This document shows, in pieces, positions 11,889 to 24,705 of a stretch of DNA of 46,966 nucleotides. A program made the position numbers and the translations under genes. Origin of the DNA: Octopus bimaculoides (lineage: Eukaryota); contig NC_068982.1 of assembly GCF_001194135.2 (NCBI RefSeq), positions 172,808,893-172,855,858 on the forward strand, given 5' to 3'. The notes under the pieces are model-generated. The model was not told where the DNA came from and did no database searches. It saw only the letters and a list, made by a program, of their open reading frames with translations. Numbering within the stretch: the stretch's first letter is position 1; every line of letters begins with the position of its first letter.

Positions 11889-11965
11889 AATTAATTAACC
11901 GGCTTGACTGTAATTAATCTTAATAAGAATAGCAGCAGATTAGCGGAGCTAATTACGTCACATTA
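11889..11965. promoter_or_regulatory. Candidate enhancer: cluster of TAAT homeodomain sites plus a bZIP-type site
   Basis: ttaattaa 11891-11898, taattaat 11911-11918, taatta 11950-11955, ttacgtca 11953-11960 and catta 11961-11965, in unique sequence between CT and GA tracts. Confidence 0.35.
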
Positions 11966-12310
11966 GTGGAGCGAAGAAAGTTTCCAGCAAGAAAAGGAAA
12001 AGAATAGGAATTAAGGACGAAAGGAGCTGCGAGAGAGAATGTAGGAAGAAAGTGAGACAAAGGTCATAGTGGCAGAAAGTTTGGGGGGGTTGAGGGGGGG
12101 GGAGAAAGAGCAGAGGAGGAAAAGTTATGAGAAAGAGAGAATAAGAATGGCTGAAGCGGTAACAGAGAGAGAGAGAGAGAGAGGAACAGAGGGACTGTGT
12201 ACTTATATGATGCATGCATTGTTTTGTAATTACATGTAAAGGCATGTGTAATGTGTGCATTTGTGAGCACACTTGGCTGCACATTGATGTGTTCAGATCT
12301 GGTTGCACAC

Positions 12311-12344
<34 letters not shown>

Positions 12345-12490
12345 ACAGAGAGAGAGAGAGAGACGGATATGTACGCGCGCGCGCACTCACGTATACATTT
12401 ATGTATATAATGTACACACATGTGCATGTGTAGTGATGTGCATTTGTCTTTGTAGTTGAGTCGACTGCATACTTTTGTGTGTTTACTTAC

Positions 12491-12950
12491 GTGTGTGGCA
12501 TGGAGGGGGGGTGCTGTCTAGAATGAGAGGTGGAAGAACGATTACAATAGGGGGGNNNNNNNNNNNNNNNNNNNNNNNNNNNNNNNNNNNNNNNNGGGGG
12601 GTATGTGCAAACGATAGAATTGGGTAGGGTCTAGAACAGAATTGATAGGTTGGGAGATGGGAAAATACAAACGGTGTGGTGGTGATGGAGTTGCTGGTCT
12701 TGGTAGCGGTGGTGGTGGTGGTGGTGGTAAATGCAGAACAAAGATCTTGATGTCGATTATATAACAATTGCAGTGATGGAGGTGTATCGTGGGTGATAAG
12801 GTAGTGTTGGTGGTAGTGGTTTTGTATGGATGTTGTGTTGAGATGAGAGCTCAAGCCATGGAGAGTATATGCATGAAGTGACAGGATGGTGGTGGTGGGC
12901 TGGGGTGAGGTGAGTTTTGCGAAGTGCCAGTGGGGAGAAGAAGGGTTGGA
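12491..12950 (-). CDS. Possible His/Thr/Pro-rich exon interrupted by a gap
   Basis: Three tandem acceptors (exon starts 12979, 12965, 12950) and a donor c|gtaagtaa at 12491/12490. An open frame is present in the ORF track (12483-13019), but its continuity across the N-gap is unverified. Confidence 0.3.
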
Positions 12951-13120
12951 CTGCAGATAGAAGAACTGCAAAGAATTCACTGAAAAGAACTCTATCTTTT
13001 GAAATTTAATAATTGCCATGTTTTTTTTTTTTTTTGTTTTTGTTCATTATCTGTCATCGTTTGAATTATTAATGTTTATTTTAATTTCAAATACTAAAAC
13101 AATGTCTTTGACATAAATTT

Positions 13121-13161
<41 letters not shown>

Positions 13162-14420
13162 CTATCTATAATATATATACACACGCAGTCTGCATATTAG
13201 GATAATGAGAGTGAGTGTATATATGTATATACACACGCACGCACACACACACACACACGGGTCTATATGTCATCATAATGAATATGAAAATATGTATGTA
13301 CACATGTACACAGAAAATATATGATATTTAAAAGAATCTCAGGTGTGTGTATGTATTCTGAAGAATTTCAAGTACATTGTATTTGCTATGTAACTCTGAA
13401 ACCCTAGGTGCATATTTTACTGATGCCCACAGGGAAGGTGCAAGCATCTCAATTATCGCATAACATACCACTTTCCCGGGTAAATTGTGAAACTTCATGC
13501 CTTTGTACGAAGCCATGTGCATATATGTGTCAGTATTCATATAAATTTCTGCATGATTATCAGCATGCATGTGTGTGTGAGTGTGTGTGTGTGTGTGTGT
13601 GTGTATGCATAGACGAATAGATATATTAAACACACCAATGAAATTCATTTAATTTGCCCCCAAAATATGTGCATTTATTAAAAATTCCAAAATTATTTGA
13701 GATTTTATAAAATTTTTATTTTTTTAGATTCTCTTTTTTTCTTTTCTTTTTTGTTTTTTTTTTTCCGGTTTTATTATTGCAAATATGAAAATGATTAAAA
13801 TTCTCTCTATTTCCTCAGATGGCTTTTAAAGTTTCCAGTTCTTTTGTCGCATCAGTTTCTAGATTCGCTTCTGCTGCTTATTCATTATTTGATTGGCGAA
13901 ATTGATTTGAATCACCTGAGATGCTAAATTTCCTTCCTTTCTTTTTTACGTTTTTTTCATTTTTGTTTTGCTTTGTATTTTTTTTTTTCTCTTTTGCATT
14001 TTTTTCCATTCCAGTTTTCCTTATATTTTATCCTAATAAAATGATGTTAGTGGTGGGGAGTCTGCCCTAAATCTTAGAGAGCAGCTTTGACTTTTAAATT
14101 CTAATTCTCATGACTATCCTCCTAGTGTGAGTGTGAGTTACAAAATAGCTTTATATCAGATACCTAGTTGATTTACAACCGAATTATTGGGATGCTATTG
14201 GACAAAAAATAAAAAACAAAAAAAAAAAACACCAACTTGCTTGCTTAAATTATGATCTGTTAGGTTTCAGAGTTCAAATCACACTGTGGTTGACTTATTT
14301 ATTGTGAGGTTTTGATAAAATAAGCAAACTGCCAACTATTTGAGTCAGTTTATATCAATATTTCTCTTTTCTAAAACATCTGTGGCCTAAATTTCTAATT
14401 TATCAGCATAATCATGTTCA

Positions 14421-14825
14421 TTACTCCTTTAGCATTTAAACCAGCGATATCTGGGCAAAATATTCTGCTTGTTTAATGTTCAAACCAGCTAGATCTAGCC
14501 TCTCACACCTACCCTAGAATGCAAAACAAAAGTATACAATCACATTATTGAAATTTCAAAGGTAATACAAGATAATACAATGTGAGTAGTAAGCATTACA
14601 TTTGATAGAACAATCTGACTGCTAAAGAGTTAAACTGGCCTTATCCAACCTAAAATATTCTGCCTATTTTATGCTCAAACAGGCCTGATCCAGCCCCTTA
14701 CACCTACCCTACAATGTAATTGTAAAAATAAACAATCGCATCATTGTAATCTTGATGTGTAGATCAAGATAATGTAGGATCAATTCAAAACCTGAATACA
14801 TGCACAATACATTTGATAGGGTTAA
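14421..14825 (+). mobile_element. piggyBac-like MITE, head-to-tail dimer (one full copy 14421-14633, one 5'-truncated copy 14634-14825)
   Basis: Degenerate left end ttactcctttagcatt and right end gctaaagagttaa; the second unit ends agggttaa. The internal sequence matches 19020-19255 and 25267-25498. Confidence 0.75.
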
Positions 14826-14829
14826 GGAA

Positions 14830-15015
14830 GCATGCTAGCAGAAAAGTTAGTGAATCAAAAAGAAATCGGCTCGAAATATTCTGGCTCATTATGCTCTGAG
14901 TTTAAATTGCATTGAGACCAACTTTTCCTTCTGCCTTTTTGGTGGGTCGATAAAATACAGTGAAATACTAGGGTTGATGGTATGAAATAATTCTACATCT
15001 CTCAAATTTGCTGAC
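14830..15015 (+). mobile_element. SINE family C, diverged copy (followed by a family A head fragment)
   Basis: gctagcagaa...ctgagtttaaattg...ttttggtgggtcgataaaatac...aaatttgctgacct. Confidence 0.65.
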
Positions 15016-15139
15016 CTATGGTTAAGAAGTTTCCTTCAAAATCACATGGTTAGGGAATTTGTCCTGCTGGATGGATACCATCAGCTAATGTCCTGCATTA
15101 AAACATGTATGTTGACCACTAATCTTGTGACTGAAATTC

Positions 15140-15605
15140 ATATCATCATCAATATCATTTAATGTCTATGTTCCATGCTGTCATGGGTCAAAACAGTTTG
15201 ACTGGAGCTGCCAAGCCTGAGGGTTGCACCAGGTTCCAGTTCTCTGTTTTGGCATGGTTTCTATGGCTGGATGTCCGTCCTAATGCCAACAACTACAGAA
15301 TGTATTGGGTGTTTCTTATGTGGTGCCAGCGTGAGTTCTTCATATGTGGTGCTGGCATGGGTGTATGTGTTCGTACTTCTCCTCATCTTCATGCGGTTGC
15401 TAACGGCAAATCAAAAGAATCATTTGACAGATGTGTTTCTAGTTCTTCATGTAACCATTTCCAGACTGATAATTGTTTAGTAGACTGGGCACTTTACTTG
15501 GAAACAGGTGGCTTCATCATCTGGATTTGCATGTTGTCAGAGAAAACTTCTTCCCCAGCATAGTCTCATCTGACTCATGCAAGTATGTTAAGGTTGATGT
15601 TAAAA
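15140..15605 (-). mobile_element. SINE family B-related element, diverged
   Basis: (cat)n start, then ttccatgctgtcatgggt and ctatggctggatgtccgtcctaatgccaac, matching family B. Confidence 0.7.
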
Positions 15606-15639
15606 CTAATATTATTATTATTAAAGGAAAGTAAAACGC

Positions 15640-15822
15640 AGCAAGATGGTGGAATTGTTAGCATGCCTGACAAAATGCCCAGTGGTATTTCTTCCCGCTT
15701 TATATTCTGAGTTCAAATTCTGCCAGGGTTGACTTTGCCTTTCATACTTTTGAGGTCTCGATGAAATAAGTACCATTTAAACACCAAATGTCAATGTAAT
15801 TGACTAGCTCCCCCCTTATGCC
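15640..15822 (+). mobile_element. SINE family C (tRNA head plus a Meta-like central domain)
   Basis: B-box-like ctgagttcaaattc followed by gactttgcctttcatacttttgaggtctcgatgaaataagtacca. The resemblance to the MetaSINE core is from memory and needs checking. Confidence 0.8.
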
Positions 15823-17187
15823 TACAATAGGATTCTTTATACCTTTACGTGTTCTTTGAGATCCGCTATTCCAAAAAAGGAACTTTCATGTTCTCTTGAA
15901 GGTTTATAAATTTCTTATGACATCAACTAAACGTGTGTGTGTGTAACTGTAATCACCCCTTCCCACAAAAAAAAAAAAATAGAAAAAACAACCTCACAGT
16001 AAAAGCAGAGATGTGGTGTGAGGTGTCACAACCATTTGGCCTTTAACGTTGAGTGTCCAAAAAAGCTTTCAGATCTAGTTTGGACACCCACAATCCACTC
16101 ACACACTCTATCATCTGTATTAATTTATATTTTTCCTGTTTCTCTGAAGCACTCTTCTTTCTATGAGAATAGCAAACGACGGATAACTAACTGACTATCT
16201 GGCTATCAGCGTGCTAAATATAACTATGGCGGAAGCAAACAGCTTCTGAGTGGCAAAAAAGGGGGGTAGGGTTTCCTGCAAACTGTTCAGATGAGCTGAG
16301 CTGGCTTTCACCTTGACCTTTATCCTGTTTATTTCTCTCTCTCTCTCTCTCTATCCTCCTCCTCTCTCTCTATCCTCCTCTCTCTCTCTATAGCTGGTTC
16401 AATTCATCTCTCCCTCATCTTACACCTCATCCAAGTTGTGCTGTTTGATTCCATGTGTGTGTGTGTGTGTGTGTGTGAAAATGCCCTGGCATTGATGTAT
16501 CTGTATGCCTGTGTATTGTGTGATTGTGTTTATGCTATTATATTCTGTGTATTTACATGTTTTATATGGTACTTTGTCATTGTCAGTCTCTTTGTAACTC
16601 TGTATGTGTGTATCATGTGTGCATGTATTTGAGTCTGTTAGTGTGTTTTAATTGGTGGTGGTGGTGGTGTTTATGATTATTAATATTATTATTTTTATAA
16701 TTATTTCATTTTGTGCTTATGCGTTTGTGCCATTGATGTGTGAATGGGATTGTGTTCATTNNNNNNNNNNNNNNNNNNNNNNNNNNNNNNNNNNNNNNNN
16801 NNNNNNNNNNNNNNNNNNNNNNNNNNNNNNNNNNNNNNNNNNNNNNNNNNNNNNNNNNNNNNNNNNNNNNNNNNNNNNNNNNNNNNNNNNNNNNNNNNNN
16901 NNNNNNNNNNNNNNNNNNNNNNNNNNNNNNNNNNNNNNNNNNNNNNNNNNNNNNNNNNNNNNNNNNNNNNNNNNNNNNNNNNNNNNNNNNNNNNNNNNNN
17001 NNNNNNNNNNNNNNNNNNNNNNNNNNNNNNNNNNNNNNNNNNNNNNNNNNNNNNNNNNNNNNNNNNNNNNNNNNNNNNNNNNNNNNNNNNNNNNNNNNNN
17101 NNNNNNNNNNNNNNNNNNNNNNNNNNNNNNNNNNNNNNNNNNNNNNNNNNNNNNNNNNNNNNNNNNNNNNNNNNNNNNNNNNNNNNN

Positions 17188-17245
<58 letters not shown>

Positions 17246-17546
17246 GGCTATATATGTGTGTGTTTATGCATACACTAAAGGAGTGTGTATACACATGTGC
17301 ATAGGCATTCTATTTATGTTGTTTTATTTTTTTTTTTCTCTCTCTCTTTCTCTCTCCCACATGAGTACTCTATGTAGGCATTTTAAATATTTCAGCTTTG
17401 TTTTGGAAAATCTGAACATGCATTCACTGTTCAGTCTTAGGTTAACTAAACAATAACTGTAATTTAATTGCCGGACCAATGTAAACTGTAGATTCTTTCA
17501 TAATTGATCTCAGCAAAGTGTATGAATGCCCTCACGCTCAGTGTTG

Positions 17547-17583
<37 letters not shown>

Positions 17584-17585
<2 letters not shown>

Positions 17586-17913
17586 CATGCATCTCTTTTC
17601 CATGTTGGCATGGGTTGGGCAAATAATAATAATTATTCATCATCATCATCATCATCATCATTTGACGTTCGCTAGCATGGGTTGGAAGATTTGACTGAGG
17701 ACTGGCAAGCCAGAAGGCTGCACCAGGCTCCAATCTGATCTGGCAGAGTTTCTACAGCTGGATGCCCTTCCTAACGCCAACCACTCCGAGAGTGTAGTGG
17801 GTGCTTTTACGTGCCACCGGCACGAGGGCAGTCACACGGTACTGGCAACGACCACGCTCAAAAAGGTGTTTTTTTATGTGCCACCTACATGGGAGCCAGT
17901 CCAGTGGCACTGG
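17584..17913 (-). mobile_element. SINE family B copy plus a short tail fragment of an older copy
   Basis: 17638-17913 is closely similar to the reverse complement of 41570-41862 (ggcagagtttctacagctggatgcccttcctaacgccaaccactc). Confidence 0.9.
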
Positions 17914-18127
17914 TATTATTATTATTAAAGGGCACAAGTCCTGAAATTTTGGTGGGATGTGGGGTTAGTCAATTATATCAGAACCCCACCCTCCACAGTA
18001 TTTGACTGGTACTTACTGTATTGGCCAGTAAAGTAGACCTTGGCAGAAATTGAACTAAGAATGTAAAGAGCTGGGAGAAATGTCACTTTCTTGTCTGGTG
18101 CAGTAACAATTCTGTTTGCTTGTCACC

Positions 18128-18164
<37 letters not shown>

Positions 18165-18366
18165 TTTCAAATTTTGGCACAAGGCCAGCAGTTTTTTTTG
18201 GGGGGGAGGGATAAATCAATTTCATCAACCCCAGTATTTTACTGGTATTTATTTTATCAATCCTGAAAGGGTGAAAGGCAAAGTCAGACTTGGGGGTGTA
18301 AAGACAGACGAAATATCGTTAAGCATTTTGCCTGACATGCTAAAAGTTCTGCTAGCTTGCAACCTT
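17914..18366 (-). mobile_element. Two tandem SINE family C copies separated by (AAT)n tails
   Basis: 17914-18129 and 18130-18366 each show the tail end (ggcacaag), the core (gaaaggcaaagtc or gtagaccttggcagaaattgaact) and the head. Confidence 0.8.
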
Positions 18367-19019
18367 AATAATAATAATAATAATAATAAAGAAGAGATTT
18401 GTGATGTTAAGTCCATAACACACAGGAAAGACAACTCCCAAGCAAACAAAGGAATCTCTACTTGGTCACTTGATGTGCTAGAAATAATAGCCACATTTCA
18501 TTCAGTGTCTTAGATATTGAATGGACACATATAGTATATCCCTATACATTACATGCTCCTAAAAAGGCATGGTGGTCATGCCTGGAATAGTTTTCATTAG
18601 GAAGGGTGTGAGGCTGAGCCATGACAATGAATTGTATACATGCTGGAATTTAGAAGGATTTTCTGTATCCTCATGCTCACAAAAGCATGTTTAATGTGGC
18701 AGGTGTATATGTATATGTGATATATATGTATATAAGTGTGTACATGTGTGTGTGTGTGTGTGTGTGTTTGTGTAATTTGTATGTGCATGAGTATGTGTGT
18801 ATGTATTTCATTATTCAAATTTATCACTGTTACAATGGTGCTATTGTTTCATTCTAGCCGGTCCCACTTGTCAAAGGAAAATCAAAATTATGAATTCACG
18901 ATCACTTAGAACACTGAGAATTTATAAATTTTTAATAAGGCCGTTTCAGCATGTTTTTTAAAATTTTTTTAATTTTTTTCCTTCAAAAATATCTGGTTTC
19001 AAAACCGAGTAAACTTTGA

Positions 19020-19255
19020 TTAACCCTTTGGCATTCACATTATTCTTCTGTCGAAAGTAATGCTTATTTATTCACTCTATTTTGAATTACTAATGCATTA
19101 TTTTGTAGCTTTGAGACTTTAAATGAGGTTAACTGTTAATTTTCAGAATAATATTGTAGGATTGGTGTGAGGTGCCATGTCTGACCAGTTAGAACATAAG
19201 CAGGTAGAATATTTTGGCTGAATATTGCTGGTTTAGTTAAATGCTACAGAGTTAA
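19020..19255 (-). mobile_element. piggyBac-like MITE
   Basis: TTAA-ccctttggcatt ... aatgctacagag-TTAA, with TTAA at both ends. The body is inverted relative to the 14421 and 25267 copies. Confidence 0.85.
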
Positions 19256-19799
19256 GGAAACTTATAAAAAATAAGGCACAATTTAAATATGAAACAAGCA
19301 AAAACAAATCTGCTATAGCTATTATTAACAACAAATTAGATAATCTAAAATATTTCATTTTCTCCTATGACTAATGGTATAAGTTTCCTATAATTTTTAT
19401 CTTTGCTAAAGACCATCAAACTCCAGATTTTATATTGCACATATTGTCTTCTTTGTTGTATTCTTGCATGATGAATTATGCTGTTGTAAACTTACACATA
19501 GTTATGCATGCACAAACACACACACACACACAGTTAAAGTTAATTAGTATTGCTGCTTTTGCTTAGCAGACAATCAGGTTTTTATTATTTCATAATTAAT
19601 TGGTTTATTATAGGTAGGACAAAGCCATGAGTGCTTACAACAATGAAATGAAGATAATAGTTAGTGCTACATTGAAATGGGTTGTGTTGGTGTAGCAGCA
19701 TACAGGTGATGAGTTCAATCCATTGCAGCTGCTTCTAGTCACACTCTAGACTTTCAGTAAAAAGTAAAACAGACTGGCAGTAAATTAATTAGTTGAGAA

Positions 19800-20440
19800 A
19801 GGTGGTGAGCTGGCAGAATGATTTGTGCACCAGGAGAAACACTTAGTGGCATTTCATCCGTCTTTACATTCTGAGTTCAAACTCCGCCCCTCCCTCACCC
19901 AAACTGCTGGCCTTGTGCCAAAATTTGAGACCAATAATTTAGTCGAGAGATGTAATCGACTAGACCCCCTCTTCCAAAATTTCAGGCCTTGTGCTCATAA
20001 AAGAAAGGATTATTATTGACGTTGATGATAATGACTTCTGTTATTGCCTCAAGGTTGTGAGGAAACAGTTCATTAAATCAACCTTGGTATTTAACTGGTA
20101 CTCTTATTTCTTTGTTACCCAGAAGTATGAAAGGAAAACTGAAGCTGGTAGTATTTGAATTCAGAAAATCTTTGTTCAACGCTCTACTAATTCTACTATT
20201 TACGTAATAATAATAATGATGATTTCTAGCATAGCATAAGGTCACACACTGAGGTACAAGGAGAGAATAGGGGATTTCTAATTATCCCCGATAATATAAC
20301 TGGGACTTGATTTTAATTATACCAGAAGGATGAAAGGTAAAGTTGACCTCAACTTCAGAATTTGATCTCAGAACATATAGGGGATAGTATTAAACACCAC
20401 AAGGTTTTTATGTTTTCTTTCGATTGTACCATCCACCAGT
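19800..20440. mobile_element. Cluster of three SINE family C copies: 19800-20017 (+), 20050-20200 (-), 20225-20440 (-)
   Basis: The head ggtggtgagctggcagaat...ctgagttcaaactccgcc on +, and reverse-complement cores (gaaggatgaaaggtaaagttgacctc) downstream. Confidence 0.75.
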
Positions 20441-21481
20441 TTTCTTTGCTATAATAAGGTATATTACAAGAAGAGAACCTCCAAGTGGTTTCTGAAGCAG
20501 CTAGAGAAGAAATAGCAGCCAATTACTGTCAGATCACTCGCTACCATCTTAATTGTGGAACGTATTGGATGATGTTGCCCGAGATATGCAAGAAGATTAA
20601 GCTAGTGTTGTTTAGGACTAAGATGAGCTGGCACTACTGAAGATAATATTAACCTCAGCCAACACACACACACACATACATACTTGTGTGCGTACTTACA
20701 CGCATATATAATATATATATTAAAAATATAGTCACCACACTTTACACATTTCCACCCACAAGTGTAAATGTATGTTGAACATTTTAATGGTTTTGAATAT
20801 GAAATAATAAGCAAACCCCGTTGTTGGGAGGGGGGGGATGTACACATTCTTACATGTGTGCATGTGCACACACAAGTATACCAGCTCATTGATATTTTTA
20901 TAAATATTTTTATTAATTATATTGCGTTTGTGTGTTTGAGTGGGTTGTTTACATTGCATAAATGTAATGCGTATGTGTATGTTTTGTTTAAACTCTGTGG
21001 TATGTGTGAGTTTAGACGTGTGCGTGTGTGCGCTAGAGAAGCATGTTATTACAGCTGGATATCAACCTTAACACGCTCTAACCACACAACTGAGATGTGG
21101 TGAAGAGGCTGTGCCATTTATTTACTTTTTACTTTTTTTTTCTTTTTTTTTTTTCGTCTTTTACTTGTTGAAGTTGAGTGAAACAAGAATTATTATAAAG
21201 GTTCCTTGCCTAGGGCTTCTGTTTCATCTATTTTACCCGTAGACTATCCAGTGTCTGCACCAGTTCTGATTCAGCATATGTGCCCTTGCTTTGCTGTGAT
21301 TTTCATGGGCAAGTCCTTTTGGAGGCAATTAAAAGGCTGGCCAGTCAGTTTCAAGTTACACCCTAACATATGCACACACACACTCTCTTCTTCCCACTCT
21401 CTCTCCATAGAAGGCCTGGTTACTTGCTCCTTAACATACGCCCATGAAGTGAATAAATGACATGGTGTTAGGAATACTTAC

Positions 21482-21506
21482 CAAATCATTGGCCTGCTGT
21501 TCAAAT
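21482..21506 (-). CDS. Candidate 25-nt microexon
   Basis: Branch-like actaat upstream, acceptor gcaacag|, exon atttgaacagcaggccaatgatttg, consensus donor |gtaagt. It reads (D)LNSRPMI in phase with the 28853-28819 exon. Confidence 0.45.
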
Positions 21507-22945
21507 CTGTTGCAGGTGATTGTGTGTGTGTGAAAGCAGTACACTTAATTAGTTTACATGCCTCTTAGGCCGTTTGAAATCATTATGCAAGATAGATCCA
21601 GATCGGCTTGCTCTCAAGAGGGCAATTTGTCTTTCATCTCTTCAGAATAAAGCCTAGACCCAAACATAGAAGGAGGGATTAAAATCCCCTCGGTGCATAT
21701 GTGTGCGGAAGGGGGTATTTACTTATACAAACCAAGGGCTTTAATTTGTGTACATTACTTTCTATCTAGCTGTCATGTCTGAAATAGACACCAGACTGTC
21801 TGAGAATGTTCCCTGTGATAGTCTGCTATCATATTCCAAAATCTGATCGGTCTCAAATGTATGCTTATCTTCTTGAAAACAGGACTAATTATTAGCCTTT
21901 ATGAAAGCTCTATGGTCCTTTGGATACATTTTAACCATTTGCATTTATATTGTATCGTTTAGCACAATAAGCCCATTACTAAGGACCCATGAGAACAAAT
22001 ATAGGGCTTTGAGTTTTTTTTTTCATGTTGAATCTTAATGGGTTTAACTCACCTCCTCTTACTTTCCTCAATATAAACACACAAGAAACTATTATAGCGA
22101 TGGTAGAAATATTAATGTGTAATGTTTGTGCTATTACAGTGATGTATTTTAAAAAAATAAGTGGGGCGGAGTCTATAATTTAACCCTTTGCCTGTCCTCT
22201 GTATTACATCTGATACACAGAACATACTTCCCAGACATCCATGCATCATATCTGATACACATTCTTAATTTTTTTTCAACCACAAGATTAACTCAGAGCC
22301 TATGAAAAGAAAGCTTTCCTATTAGTCAGAACTTACAAGATAAGGGTTATCTAAAAGTTAGCAAACAAGCATGCTCATTTGAGACATACTCTGAGCAGGC
22401 AATTGGTTAAGTTTTCAGCTGAACATTATGAATTAAAAGCTGTATCATTGATATGTTGAATATATTCTATTTTGATAGATAATTGATCTCTGAATTAATG
22501 TCAGTGCATTTGAGCCTTAGATGTTAGTATAGTTGTTGGTGGTTGAAGTAGTAACTGATGTAGTGGGTGTCCTCTTGTATCAAGTCCATTTAGTCACTTG
22601 TGTCAAAGTGAGAATTTTGTCGACTGGTTAGTGTAGTTAACTTATTAATATTTGCAGTGTGAGTATCCAGCTGCTTTCAATTAGCTTAAGAATTAAATAA
22701 TTTATTTTCATAAGTCAGTTGTGTGTGTGTAGTGGCGGAGTAGTGCTCATAGCAATTTCAGGCCTCATCTAAACTAACTGGATTGATATGTGATATAGCT
22801 AATTAATGTGAGTTTTGAATTTTTTGGAAGTTCCGGTGATTTGAAACACACAAGAAAAACAAGACAGGAAGTTGAGTTGTGTTAATGCTTTATTTCAGGA
22901 GTGAGCAATATGCTACTGTGCATGGTGAAGGTTGCTGCGAAAGAG

Positions 22946-22983
<38 letters not shown>

Positions 22984-23319
22984 TCCTGTGTTATAATTTG
23001 TAGAAAATTTTATCTGTTCATCTTTCTCTTAGACAACATTCATGATGAGCTAGCCACTAACCCTATCACTAGGCCACATAGGTTATCATCTTTCTAACCT
23101 CTGCTTTTCTGTGCTTGCATGACTCAGTCTTATTGAGACAGAATTTTCTATGGCCAGATGCCCTGCCTGTCACTTGATCTTCCGTTTCCAAACAAGGTAA
23201 TATTTCCTTATGGCTAGATGTTTAATAAGATACCAAGTTCGTTTACTACAATTACGCAGTTTCAAGACAAGGAGACAGATACCTACATACGCATACACAC
23301 ACACGCACACACATAAATA

Positions 23320-23471
23320 TATACATTATGCTTCTTTCAGTTTTTCCATCTACCAAATTCACTCTCAAGGCTTCAGTCAACTTTAGGCTGCAGTAGAAGA
23401 CATTTGCCCATGGTTTGATACGGTGGTACTGAACCCGGAATCCTGCAATTGGAAATGTCTGTGCCTGTACC
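23320..23471 (-). mobile_element. SINE family A, 5' half
   Basis: tttccatctaccaaattcactctcaaggct...gtagaagacatttgccca...actgaacccgga matches the reverse complement of family A. Confidence 0.75.
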
Positions 23472-24651
23472 TTCACAACAACCACAAAGATGTCCGTAAT
23501 TAAAGTAGTATTATGTGTCCCGATGAGAGCTACTGTTAAAGGTGTGTGTGTGTGTGTGATTTAGTTGGGATTCAATGATCAATAGTATGTGACTTGGCAG
23601 CAGTTGCTAGTTTAGATATGTGGAGATGCTCTGCAGTTATTTGCAAATATAAAAAAAAAAATAATGCTGTTCCTTCTCAGATGTGTGTGTGTGTGTGTGT
23701 GTTGAATTAATTGAAAGAAAGCTTAACGAAATACTGCAGTCAGTAAGTAATATCTCCTCCCTTTACTGTCGCCCCTCTCATGACACCCCCTCACACCGAA
23801 CAATCCAGGATCATCAGTCTTGTGTGTAAGACTATTTGTGTAATGATTGTGCATTTATACAATGTGTGTGTGTATATTTGTTTGTCTGTCTGTATGTATT
23901 ACGTGTGCACACACACACGCACATATATATATATATATATATAAATGTGTGTGTGTGTATGCTTGTAAGAAATTCCCACACTGGCCTTTCTGCAAGAGTT
24001 TATAAAAATACTGCTTTTCACATTACCCAATATAATTGGTCTGTGTGGTGGTAATCTTAACAGGGAGGTGGGTCGGGGTTGATATTTTATAGTAACGGTG
24101 GTGGTGGTAGTAGTAGTAGTAGTATGAAGAAACGGGATGTGGAAGAAGACTCAACGTACACATACACACACACACTCATATATCTACCTCATTGGCTTAT
24201 TTCTCTTCTTCCGTCACCACCACAGCATTTATGCCATGTCATTTCTGTTTATTTAAATACAACTTTAATGCACTATTTTATATATATGTGTGTGTGTGTG
24301 TGTGTATTGTTTTTGTTTCTGGAGACCTTTTTCATGGCCGCCACCACCCTCCTATTTTTCTCATAAATATAAACTTTATCTTTCACACACATACATTCAC
24401 ATAATTTCAGGATTTATGTAAATAAATGTTCTGCCATTATTTTATACATACATACATACATATATATATAAATACACACACATATATATAAATGTTATTG
24501 TTATTATTGTAGGTATTAGTCAATTATATTTCTGTTGTATAACAACAATCTGCAGCCGAGTTTTCGTTCTTCTTGTAGATGCGGTTGTTATTTCAATGTG
24601 AACTTGTTTCACTTCATTCTCTGTATGTGTGTATGTATGTATGTATGTATG

Positions 24652-24705
<54 letters not shown>

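Noticed and set aside
13801-13910. Plus-strand acceptor followed by MAFKVSSSFVASVSRFASAAYSLFDWRN*, and the minus-strand peptide AAEANLETDATKELETLKAI*
   Set aside because: Both are under 30 aa with stops. There is no donor and no supporting plus-strand exon chain.
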